DNA from: an uncultured Gemmatimonadota bacterium
GTDB taxonomy: Bacteria; GCA-2686955
DNA length: 64,000 bases
Reading direction: 5' to 3'
NCBI GenBank assembly: GCA_964490075.1
Contig: CAZBBK010000025.1
Coordinates: 1 to 64,000 of the forward strand
The position numbers were made by a program, and so were the translations under genes. The notes under the pieces are model-generated. The model was not told the DNA's origin, ran no database searches, and saw only the letters and a list, made by a program, of their open reading frames with translations. Shown here in pieces: positions 9,461 to 22,414 of the stretch. Position 1 is the first letter of the stretch, and each line of letters begins with the position of its first letter.

Positions 9461-10778
9461 GTGGCAGAGGATGACCCTCCGAGCGGCCAACGTAACTCTG
9501 ATCGACTGTGATCACCGAACGCCGCCGGCTGCCGAAGACGGATACCCCTATGTCGCCATCCCGCAGATGCGAGGTGGACGTACTGAACTGAATGACGCCC
9601 GCCGAATCACTCGCGAGCACTACTTCGACTGGACGCGGAAAGCCAAGCCGTCAACGAACGACGTTGTTCTCTCGCGGCGCTGCAATCCCGGAGAGACGGC
9701 CGTCGCTCCAGCCGGCGCCGAGTTCGCGCTAGGTCAGAACCTCGTGCTTCTTCGCGCCGACGGCACCCATGTCTACCCGCCATTTCTCCGGTGGCTTGTG
9801 CGAGGCCCCACCTGGTGGGAGCAGGTCGGCACGTTCATCAACGTAGGCGCGGTGTTCGACAGTCTCAAGTGCGCGGACGTGCCCAGGTTCGAACTACTTA
9901 TCCCGCCGCTGGATGAACAACGCGCCATCGCCCACATCCTCGGCACGCTGGACGACAAGATCGAGCTGAATCGGCGGATGAACGAGACGCTGGAGGCGAT
10001 GGCGCGGGCTCTCTTCAAGTCGTGGTTCGTGGACTTCGACCCCGTCCGCGCCAAGCTGGAGGGCCGCTGGCGCCCCGGCCAATCGCTGCCCGGCCTCCCC
10101 GCCCACCTCTACGACCTCTTCCCCGACAAGCTCGTCCCCTCCGAGCTGGGGGAGATTCCGGAGGGGTGGGGGGTGACGGCGCTTGATGACGCCATCGAAG
10201 TCAACCCGAAGCGATCGTTGCGCAAGGGTGACCGTGCACCCTATCTCGACATGGCCGGCATGCCGACGAGGGGGCACGCCCCGGACGCCGTAGCTGAGCG
10301 CGACTTCGGCTCAGGGATGCGCTTTGTCAACGGCGACACGCTCGTGGCACGGATAACGCCATGCCTGGAGAACGGCAAGACGGCGTTTGTTGACTTCCTC
10401 GAAGATGGCCAGGTCGGGTGGGGATCCACGGAGTACATCGTCCTTCGACCGAAGCGCCCCTTGCCCGACCAGTTCGCGTATTGTCTCGCGCGCAGCCAAG
10501 ACTTCCGCGACTTCGCCATCCAGAGCATGACGGGATCCAGTGGCCGGCAGCGGGTCCCCGTGTCTGCCCTTTCACACTACGCGCTCGCGCTGCCAGCCAA
10601 TCCTGAGATCGCGGACGCGTTCGGGGACCTGGTTACGCCGCTCTTTTCACGTGCTTCCCGAGCGAGCGAGGAAACCCGCACCCTCGCCGCCCTCCGCGAC
10701 ACCCTACTTCCCAAGCTCATCTCCGGCGAGCTGCGGGTTGAGGACACCGAGCGTTTCGTGTCGGAGGCTCCCGCATGA
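9450..10778 (+). CDS. hsdS: Type I R-M specificity subunit
   Basis: [41 protein letters not shown] and [16 protein letters not shown], with two TRDs. Confidence 0.93.
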   Translation: MGGEWQRMTLRAANVTLIDCDHRTPPAAEDGYPYVAIPQMRGGRTELNDARRITREHYFDWTRKAKPSTNDVVLSRRCNPGETAVAPAGAEFALGQNLVLLRADGTHVYPPFLRWLVRGPTWWEQVGTFINVGAVFDSLKCADVPRFELLIPPLDEQRAIAHILGTLDDKIELNRRMNETLEAMARALFKSWFVDFDPVRAKLEGRWRPGQSLPGLPAHLYDLFPDKLVPSELGEIPEGWGVTALDDAIEVNPKRSLRKGDRAPYLDMAGMPTRGHAPDAVAERDFGSGMRFVNGDTLVARITPCLENGKTAFVDFLEDGQVGWGSTEYIVLRPKRPLPDQFAYCLARSQDFRDFAIQSMTGSSGRQRVPVSALSHYALALPANPEIADAFGDLVTPLFSRASRASEETRTLAALRDTLLPKLISGELRVEDTERFVSEAPA

Positions 10779-11851
10779 AGCGCGAAGCCAAGCTCCTCCT
10801 CGCGAAGGCCTGCGACTCGCTGGTGTTGAACATCGAGCTCTTCAATCGCCCGCACGACCGGGGAAGGGTCAGCAGCACCCTGATCCAACTCGATCACGCG
10901 TTCGAGATGCTGATGAAGGCCGCGATCCTCCACCGGGGAGGGCGCATTAGCGAGCGGCGTGCCAAGGAGACGATCGGCTTCGACGCCTGCGTGCGGCGGT
11001 CCCTGAGCGACGGCAAGATCCTTTATCTGACCGAGGAGCAAGCGCTGGTGCTGCAGACGATCAACGGGCTGCGGGACGCGGCGCAACACCACCTGCTGGA
11101 GATCTCCGAGGGCCAGCTCTACGTGCACGTGCAGTCGGGTGTCACACTCTTTCGCGACATCCTGAAGAACGTCTTCGACCAGGAGCTCGCCAGCCACTTG
11201 CCGGCCCGCGTGCTCCCCGTCTCGACGTCGCCCCCAACGGATCTGGCCACGCTGTTCGACTCGGAGATCGCGGCGATCAAGAAGCTCCTGCGCCCCGGCC
11301 GGCGCCGACGGATCGAGGCCATGGCCAGACTCCGTCCGCTCGCGATCCTGGACGCCACGATCCAGGGCGAGAAGGGGCAGCCCAGCGACGCGGACCTGAA
11401 GCGGATCGGCGGCGAGGTTCTGGACGGCAAGCCTTGGGCCGACGTGTTCAAGGGCGCCTCGGCGGTCGAGATCACGGCGGACGGCACGGGGCCCGGTCTG
11501 TCGATGCGGCTGTCGAAGAAGGTGGGCATTCCGATCCGTTTGGTTGCCGAGGGGACGCCGGGTGCCTCGGTAGTCGCCGTGAAGCGTGTCGATGAGCTGG
11601 GCTTCTACAACCTCGGGGCGAAACAGCTCGCGGACAAGCTCGGGCTGACGATGCCGAAGGCGGTCGCGGTGGTGGACCATCTCGGGCTGCGGGACGATCA
11701 GGAGTGCTACAAGGAGATCAAGATCGGCAAGTCGCGCTTCAAGCGGTACTCCCAGAAGGCTCTCGAAGCGATCAGGAAGGCGCTAGAGAAGACGACCGCA
11801 GACGAGATCTGGAGCATGCGCGAGCCCTCGACCAGAGGGGCGAAACGATGA
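10775..11851 (+). CDS. DUF3644-like protein with HEPN-type Rx4H motif
   Basis: N-terminal IELFNRP...AFEMLMKA and motif LRDAAQHH. ATGA-coupled to hsdS and to the next gene. Confidence 0.6.
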   Translation: MKREAKLLLAKACDSLVLNIELFNRPHDRGRVSSTLIQLDHAFEMLMKAAILHRGGRISERRAKETIGFDACVRRSLSDGKILYLTEEQALVLQTINGLRDAAQHHLLEISEGQLYVHVQSGVTLFRDILKNVFDQELASHLPARVLPVSTSPPTDLATLFDSEIAAIKKLLRPGRRRRIEAMARLRPLAILDATIQGEKGQPSDADLKRIGGEVLDGKPWADVFKGASAVEITADGTGPGLSMRLSKKVGIPIRLVAEGTPGASVVAVKRVDELGFYNLGAKQLADKLGLTMPKAVAVVDHLGLRDDQECYKEIKIGKSRFKRYSQKALEAIRKALEKTTADEIWSMREPSTRGAKR

Positions 11852-13271
11852 TCTCCGCCAACCAGCTCGCCACCTGGGCCGCCGCCGGCGAGTCCGAGAG
11901 CCTCGAGCTCAAGCGCAGCACCGGCCAGCGCCGGGAGGCTGCCCGAACGGTCTGCGCGATGCTCAACCACCGGGGCGGCCGGGTGCTCTTCGGCGTCGAG
12001 CCCGATGGTCGCATCGTCGGCCAGCAGGTGAGCGATCGCACGCTCGAAGAGATCGCGCAGGAGCTCGGTGAGATCGATCCACCTGTGTTTCCGACGATAG
12101 AACGCGTCGCCGTGGACGGCGGGCGCGAGGTGCTCGTGGTATCCGTCGGCACCGGCCACAGCCAGCCGTACACCCATCGCGGGCAAGCCTATCGGCGCGT
12201 CGGCGCGACGAATCAGGCGTTGTCGCGCGAGGAGTACAACCGCGTGCTCATCGAACGGCTGCACGCGGAGTCGCGCTGGGAGATCGAGCCGGCGGCCGGA
12301 TGGTCGGTTGCGGACCTCGACGAGGAGGAGATCCGGCGGACCTTGGAGGAAGGCATCCGCATCGGACGCGTCGGGGACCCGGGCACCCGTGCGCCGGAGG
12401 CCATCCTGCGCGGCTTGGGCCTCATGGAGCAGGGCGCCCTGCTCCGCGCCGCGGTCGTGCTGTTCGGTCGCGCCGACCGGCTTCTCCCCGGGTACACCCA
12501 GTGCCTCCTCCGGGTCGCCCGCTTCAAGGGGACGGAGAAGGGCGAGTTCCTCGACAACCGCCGGTTCTTCGGTCACGCCTTCGAGCTCCTGAAACAGGCG
12601 GAACGGTTCCTCCTCGAACACATGCCCATCGCCGGGCGCTTCGAGCCGGGCAGCATGGTGCGCATCGACGAACCGGCGTACTCGCCGCTCGCGTTCCGCG
12701 AGGCCGTCGCCAACGCAATCTGCCACCGGGAGTACACGACCGGCGGAAGCTCCATCGGCGTCGCGATCTACGACGACCGTCTGGAGGTGACTTCCTCCGG
12801 CACGCTGCACTTCGGCATCACGCCGCAGTCGCTCTTCGAGCCCCACGAGTCCCGGCCCTGGAATCCGCTCATCGCCAGCGTTTTCTACCGGCGCGGCATC
12901 ATCGAGACGTGGGGGCAAGGGACGCTGAAGATGGCGGCCTGGGCCTCGGAGCTGGGTCTTCCCAGGCCCGAGATCCTCGAGATTCCGGGCGCGGTCGTGG
13001 TGCAGTTTCGGGCCAGGGCGACGGCGAGAGTCGAAACGACGGGGAAAACGACGGGGAAAACGACGGGGAAAACGACGGGGAAAACGACGGGGAAAACGCA
13101 CAGCGCCGTCCTGGCGCTGCTCGCCGCCGATCCGACACAGTCCATTCCTGAACTCGCCCAGCGCATCGGGAAGGGACCGCGCGCGACCGAGCGGATCATC
13201 CGCACATTGCGGGAGGCCGGGAAGCTCCGGCGCGTCGGTCCTGCAAAGGGCGGTCACTGGGAGGTGATCGA

Positions 13272-13275
<4 letters not shown>
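11848..13275 (+). CDS. Schlafen/AlbA_2 domain + HATPase_c_4 + C-terminal wHTH protein
   Basis: [51 protein letters not shown] and IETWGQG, ending in [12 protein letters not shown]. Confidence 0.85.
13036..13098 (+). repeat. In-frame 12-bp VNTR (ACGACGGGGAAA x5) encoding (TTGK)5 linker
   Basis: Five perfect copies read directly from the sequence. Confidence 0.95.
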
Positions 13276-16901
<3,626 letters not shown>

Positions 16902-16957
16902 ACGAGGCGCCGAACACCTATGAGGCCCGGTAGGTCAAGAGCAAAACTCGCCCCGGC

Positions 16958-17137
16958 TCACAACGGATTGGTCTTGCGCTGCGATACTCGCAGTCCGCTT
17001 CACTCTCGCCCCGCGTCGAGCTTCAGTAGCTGGCCGGGGATCGACGCCCCGCACCAAACACCTATTGAGGTTCAGTAGCCCACGTGCCACCGGAATCTGA
17101 GCCTCCGCGGCAGGCATAGCGAGAAGCAGAGTTCTCG
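16958..17137 (+). other. Possible degenerate attC downstream of hsdR
   Basis: TCACAAC...TCTTGCGCTG at the left and TAGCGAGAAGCAGAGTT at the right show only partial complementarity. Confidence 0.25.
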
Positions 17138-17322
17138 CGACCTAGAAACACATCGGTACCCTCATGCCGTCCGACTCAACAGGGGTGCAAGCTCGCGGTC
17201 CAGTTGTCTCACGGATCGGTTGAGGGACGGGACGAAGAGAGAGCTTGCTATGTGGAGGAGCGGAGAGCAGATGTCCAATCAAGCGCAAGGGCTGCGGCCA
17301 TTTGTCCGATGATCCGGCCTCG

Positions 17323-17562
17323 GGATGTTCCCCCGTTTTCGTAGACACTGTTCTTATGCTGCTTTTGTTCCAAGTGTAGCCGACTTTTCGAATTCCCGTG
17401 GACTGACGCCCCAGAGGTACGAGTGCCGCCTACGAGTATTGTAGAAGCTCTCGATGTACTCGAAGATCGCGGCCTTCGCGTCCTCGAGCGAATCGAAGTC
17501 GGACCGGTAGACGAGCTCCGTCTTGAGAGTACCGAAGAAGCTCTCGACCACGGCGTTGTCCA
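17323..17562 (-). mobile_element. IS3-family transposase 3' remnant with terminal IR-like sequence
   Basis: DNAVVESFFGTLKTE...YIESFYNTRRRHSYL..VSP. An end-like sequence TTCCCCCGTTTTCGTAGACA follows the stop. Confidence 0.85.
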
Positions 17563-18505
17563 CCGACGTCAGTTTTCTCGCCGGCTTGCTGGTCGACAAG
17601 TTCTGCTATCACCTGCCGCTGTACCGACAGCATCAGCATGGTGAGTTGAACCCGACATGGTTTTGGCCCATCTACGGCGCCGAGAAGGAAATCTGTTTCA
17701 CCTGGTCGCGAGCTCGAGCTGCGGCACACCTGGAAGCTGTCTTGAAGAACTTCGAGGGCGTGCTGCTATCCGATGGCTACAAGGCATATGATGCGCTCGC
17801 CAAGAACAAACCGAACGAGACGCTCGCGCATTGCTGGGCGCACTCTCGCCGCTACTTCGAGCGAGCCAAGGACAGCGATCCCGGCGCAAAGGCCGCGCTC
17901 AAGCAGATCGCCGCGATCTACAAGGTCGAGGCTGAGATCCGCGAAGCCGGGCTCGATGGGGAGCACAAGCTGCGCCATCGGGGCAACCACGCCCGGCCCC
18001 TGGTAGACGACTTCTTCGAGTGGTGCCGGTTGGAGGCCTTGCGAGCTTATCTCGTGGACAGCGACCTTCTCAGCAAGGCCCTGGCCTACGTCGCCAAGCG
18101 CAAGGAGGAGCTGAAGGTATTCCTCGGTGACCCCGACGTACCCATCGACACCAACCACCCGGAACGGGCTCTACGAGTGATTCCGATGAGTCGAAAGAAC
18201 TGGCTGTTCTGTTGGACGGAAGTCGGCGCCGAGCTCGTCGGGATTATCCAAAGTCTGCCCAGCACCTGTCGCCTGCAAGCCGTGGACCCCTACACCTATC
18301 TGGTCGACGTGCTCCAGCGAGTCACGACTCATCCGGCCGGGCGCGTAGAGGAACTCACGCCCAGACTCTGGAAAGAGCGCTTCGCAGACGACCCGATGAG
18401 ATCCGATCTCGACGCTGCGTGCGCCTGACCTGTGGCCCGGGCGGGATGCACACGTCGCAAAATGACCGCTTACTCCGCGCCGCAGGTCACTTGACGGACG
18501 CCTAC
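17563..18505 (+). mobile_element. IS66-family TnpC transposase remnant (5'-truncated, internally deleted)
   Basis: DKFCYHLPLYRQ joined directly to W.WPIYG; SDGYKAY, CWAHSRRYF, IDTNHPERALR and RKNWLF. End-like GACCGCTTAC and GACGGACGCCTAC. Confidence 0.85.
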
Positions 18506-18714
18506 TCGTGGATCGGGAACGAATGGCCCGCTACACTGACAGCAGCGGCGGTTTGTCTCTTTTTTTTTCATCCAGGCAGCTTGCCCACTTCGCAGGCCGC
18601 CGCTCTACTTCTTTACGCCCACCTCGGCGAACGTCCCGTCCTCCCCCGGCCGTACCAGCGCCACGTCGGCAGCACCGAATCGGCAGTCGCGCAAGCTCAT
18701 CTCTCACATCCCGC

Positions 18715-18765
18715 GTGGGTCACTTCTCGCGAGCGAACCCGGGTCGATTCTGGCGAGTGTCCAAG
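18715..18765 (+). mobile_element. Possible IS21-like terminal region
   Basis: Two imperfect direct repeats, GGGTCACTTCTCGCGAG and GGGTCGATTCTGGCGAG, 24 bp apart. No transposase seen. Confidence 0.4.
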
Positions 18766-18831
18766 CACCAGAGTGCGACAGGACACCGCCGAAGCCCTGA
18801 GGGAGTGGGAACGATGGAGGAGAGAAGGAAG

Positions 18832-20109
18832 ATGCGAGATCGAGGCGGTTTCTTCAGCTCGTGCTCCGCAATGGCCCTTGGTCTGATTCTGCCCGCAAGG
18901 GTCGGCAGCGCCTTGGCTGAGGGCTACCCACAGAACGCCGGATGGCCTCGGGAGTGGCATCCGTCGTGGGCGTGTCCATTGGTCCTGGACTTTGATGGAG
19001 ACGGGTTCAGGGACCTCGTGCTGGGCACGGGCCTTGAGCCGCGTCTTGGGGCTTGGGACCACCGCGGTCAACCGTTGGAAGGATGGCCGATGCGCTTGAA
19101 GGCGGAGTACGGGTATCCGGTCGCTGGTGGCGATGTAAACAACGATGGGAGACTCGAGGTGGTGTTCGACGAGCTGGGTGGTGGGGGGGTGCGTGCCTTG
19201 GGAAGCGACAAGAAGGACATTCCCGGTGAGTGGCCTCGACTACTGCGTTGGCCGCACTACTCAAGCGTGACTTTGACAGACATTGACGGAGATGGGAATC
19301 TGGACATCGTTGTCCCAACCGCGACCTATGAGCTCGGCGTTGATCAGTCAGAGGTGCACCTGCTGGACCACAGGGGCATTCCTCGACGTGGCTGGCCCGT
19401 GTGTGTGGACGAGGACGTAGACGCGCCGGCGTCAGTTGGAGACATCGATCTAGACGGAGACTCGGAGGTGATCTTCGGTACAAACTACGGTGTAGGGGAT
19501 GGGCGGCTACGAGTGTGCCATCATGATGGAACTCTCTATCGTGGAGAGCCTCTCGCAGAGATCGGGAACAAAATAGTATACGGTCCGACGTGTCTGGCAG
19601 ATATCTACGGGGATCGCCATCCGGAGCTCGTCGTGATGGATCACGACATTGGTGCAACGTACGCGTACGACTGGACAGGTAGAGTGATTCCTGGTTGGCC
19701 TGCACTGTACGACGCAGGGTTGGGGATTTCCATGCCCGTTGGATTCGCTGTTCCAGTGAAGAAGGGGGCCAATACCCATTCTCCCGTTCCACCGGCAGTC
19801 TTCGGCCTTTTCTACCGCACAGAGGTCCCAGTCTGGCGCGACTATGCCCTCTGGATTCGTCTGAATCGCCGTGAGGGTTCTGGTTCTTGGCCGGTGGCGA
19901 AAATGAACGGTACCCGACTTGAGGGAGGCGGAGCAACCGCTGAGTCTCCTGGCCGATGGCTATGGTACAACGCCGGGCACCGGGACTTGAAGCCGGGTAT
20001 CCACGAGCTCGATATTGAGGTGGTCGGAACGGATATTGAGCTGGATAGGTGGCTGTTGACGACGCACAAGGTGTTTCCACTTATGGCGGAGCGGCCTCAT
20101 GCGTGGTAG
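18832..20109 (+). CDS. Secreted FG-GAP/VCBS-repeat protein (probable gene cassette, possibly internally deleted)
   Basis: Signal-like N-terminus and repeats DFDGDGFRDLV, DVNNDGRLEVV, DIDGDGNLDIV and DIDLDGDSEVI with GWP motifs. Followed by an attC half-site. Confidence 0.75.
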   Translation: MRDRGGFFSSCSAMALGLILPARVGSALAEGYPQNAGWPREWHPSWACPLVLDFDGDGFRDLVLGTGLEPRLGAWDHRGQPLEGWPMRLKAEYGYPVAGGDVNNDGRLEVVFDELGGGGVRALGSDKKDIPGEWPRLLRWPHYSSVTLTDIDGDGNLDIVVPTATYELGVDQSEVHLLDHRGIPRRGWPVCVDEDVDAPASVGDIDLDGDSEVIFGTNYGVGDGRLRVCHHDGTLYRGEPLAEIGNKIVYGPTCLADIYGDRHPELVVMDHDIGATYAYDWTGRVIPGWPALYDAGLGISMPVGFAVPVKKGANTHSPVPPAVFGLFYRTEVPVWRDYALWIRLNRREGSGSWPVAKMNGTRLEGGGATAESPGRWLWYNAGHRDLKPGIHELDIEVVGTDIELDRWLLTTHKVFPLMAERPHAW

Positions 20110-20205
20110 TCTGAGCATGAAGTACGCACATCTTGGCCCCAGGAGGCTCCTGGTTCCCTCGAAACCGAGAGCGGCGACAAAGGCTGCGTAGCTCCCCGCC
20201 GGATT

Positions 20206-20247
20206 GCCCAATCGGGTAGCCGGGGATTTCTCTCCCCCGGCTCCCAC
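20206..20247 (-). mobile_element. attC left half (GCCCA) plus 3' end (part of DV, and DVI) of a second group IIC-attC intron
   Basis: Minus strand reads GTGGGAGCCGGGGGAGAGAAATCCCCGGCTACCCGAT|TGGGC, nearly identical to the 3' end of the first intron (6860-6897). Confidence 0.8.
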
Positions 20248-20430
20248 GGTGAGTCTCAAGGTAGTTGCCGCCTCGCGCGTTCACTTTATGCGGCCCTCTC
20301 GGTGCGTTCACCTGTCTTTGGGTTGAGGACAACGACGTCGATGGGGGCCCAGGTCCGCGTTCGGCCTGTCCAACGGCGTGGGTGGCGCTGTCGGGCAGCT
20401 TGATAGAGCTCCTGTCGCTCTCTCGCGAGC
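20247..20430 (-). mobile_element. IS3-family transposase C-terminal remnant and element end
   Basis: RERQELYQAARQRHPRRWTGRTRTWAPIDVVVLNP followed by GGCAACTACCTTGAGACTCACC. Confidence 0.7.
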
Positions 20431-20615
20431 TCTTCTTGGAACGCGGCAGCACGGTCATCCACGTCACGCACGATCTTCGCGAGGCGGCGTCGATCGGTGA
20501 CCGGATCGCCGTCATGGAGACCGGGCGCATCGTGCAGACCGGATCGCTCGAAGAGCTTCGACGGAACCCGGCCAGCGACTTCGTGCGGGGTCTGGTGGAA
20601 GACCTTCGATGGTAA
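20425..20615 (+). pseudogene. C-terminal fragment of an ABC transporter ATP-binding protein
   Basis: TVIHVTHDLREAASIGDRIAVMETGRIVQTGS..EL..NPASDFV. No Walker A or signature motif upstream. Confidence 0.8.
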
Positions 20616-20702
20616 GGATCGGAGAGCTGGCCGCGGGCGATCTTCTGGTCGCCAGACGCAAGCCACCCGCCACTCCACCCCCCTGAGGACCCGGGCTACA
20701 CT

Positions 20703-21947
20703 GTGATCGACATGCACACCCGTCCCTACGACCCCGACCGCGACCTCGACGCCGCCACCCGGGTGTGGCACGAGTGCGGTTGGCTGGACGGCGCCTCGGA
20801 GAGCGACAACGAGGCGCTGGCGCTCTTTCTGGCCGCCGGTCCCGCCTTCGTGGCCGAGCTGGAAGGGGCCGTCGAGTGCGTGGTCGGCACCCTGCCCGCA
20901 CAGATGCGTTACCTCGACGGCGATCTTCCGGTCAGCGGCGTATCGAGCGTGGTGACCAGCCGCGTGGCACGCAAGCGCGGTCTGGCCTCGCGCCTGACCG
21001 CGGAGGCGGTCGCCGCGGCCGCGGCCGACGGCGCCGCCCTGTCGTGGCTCGGGATCTTCGACCAGGGCTACTACGACCAGCTCGGCTACGGCACCGGCCC
21101 CTACGAGTGTTTCGTCCACTTCGACCCGGCCCAGCTACGCGTCGACCTGCGGCCGCGAATCCCACGCCGGCTGAGCGCGAGCGACTGGGAGCAGGTGCAC
21201 CGCTCGCGCCTGGCCCGGCGGCGACACCACGGCGGCTGCAATGTGCTGCCGCCCGCCATCACCCGCGCCGAGATGATCTGGAACAAGAAGAGCTTCGGCC
21301 TGGGCTATTTCGATCCGGACGGCGCCCTAGGTCATCATCTCTGGCTCAGCGCGGAGGAGATGGAGGTCGGCCCCTACCGCGTGGAGTGGATGAGCTACCG
21401 CAGCGGCGCGGAGCTGATGGAGCTGCTGGCCCTGATCCGCTCGCTCGGCGACCAGGTGCGCCTGGTCCGGCTGACCGAGCCGCCCGGAATGCGATTGCAA
21501 GATCTGTTGCATACACCCTTGCGCACGCGCTGGATCACCAAGGGCTCGCGCTGGGCCTCGACGATCGATGCGCTGGCCTGTTGGCAGATGCGCATCTGCG
21601 ACTTGAATGCCTGCATCGAACGCCTCAGGCTGCCCGGGGACGCGCTGCGTTTCAACCTGAGATTGGACGACCCCATCGAGCGTTTGCTGGCGGACGACGC
21701 GCCCTGGCGCGGGATCGCCGGCAACCATGTCGCCACCTTTGGACCGCACTCCCAGATCGAGCGCGGCAGCGACGATTCTCTGCCCACGCTGCACGCACAT
21801 GCCAACGCCTTCACGCAGCTCTGGCTCGGCGCCCGCTCGCCCACCTCGCTGGCCGCGATCGGCGCCCTGCAAGCCCCGGCCGAGCTCGTGGAGCGGCTCG
21901 AGCACCTGCTGCGGCTGCCGGTGCCGTGCTGCGATTGGGATTTCTAA
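20703..21947 (+). CDS. Eis-like GNAT acetyltransferase
   Basis: VSSVVTSRVARKRGLASRL, GYYDQLGYG and an SCP2-like C-terminus; 414 aa. Confidence 0.75.
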   Translation: MIDMHTRPYDPDRDLDAATRVWHECGWLDGASESDNEALALFLAAGPAFVAELEGAVECVVGTLPAQMRYLDGDLPVSGVSSVVTSRVARKRGLASRLTAEAVAAAAADGAALSWLGIFDQGYYDQLGYGTGPYECFVHFDPAQLRVDLRPRIPRRLSASDWEQVHRSRLARRRHHGGCNVLPPAITRAEMIWNKKSFGLGYFDPDGALGHHLWLSAEEMEVGPYRVEWMSYRSGAELMELLALIRSLGDQVRLVRLTEPPGMRLQDLLHTPLRTRWITKGSRWASTIDALACWQMRICDLNACIERLRLPGDALRFNLRLDDPIERLLADDAPWRGIAGNHVATFGPHSQIERGSDDSLPTLHAHANAFTQLWLGARSPTSLAAIGALQAPAELVERLEHLLRLPVPCCDWDF

Positions 21948-22026
21948 GAGGCCTCGAAATGTCACGAGTGCCCATCACCACGATCCTCACTCTGGCGTCG
22001 GTCGCGACGTCCCTCCTGGGCCTCCA

Positions 22027-22386
22027 ATGCGGTTGAGCCCGGCCCGCTCTTTCCATGTCCTGCGCCGCGCCGCCCTGCCCTCCGCCTGCGCGGCCGCCCT
22101 CTTGGCGCTCGCTCCGGCGGCCCACGCCGCTCCCTGCGTGGTGCCCCGCGACGACCTGGTCATCACCGAAGACACGGTTCTCTGCCCGGGCACCTACTTC
22201 ATCCCCGATCGCGGCGACGAGGGGGTGATCCATGTCGCCGCCGACTCGCTGAGCCTGACCGCCTACGGCACCACCATCATCGGAGACGGAACCGGCTTCG
22301 GCCCCGCCCCCAGGGCGACCCCATCGCCGACCTCGGAGCGCACGAATCCCCGCGTTGAGCCCCTCGGGCGGCACCCGATCGGGTAG
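22027..22386 (+). pseudogene. Truncated secreted protein (start of a probable beta-helix protein)
   Basis: Signal peptide AAHA followed by ITEDTVLCPGTY...IIGDGTGFG, then abrupt low-complexity sequence and a stop. Confidence 0.45.
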
Positions 22387-22414
22387 AATCTCCACCAGCA
22401 GCGAACGGCCGTCC

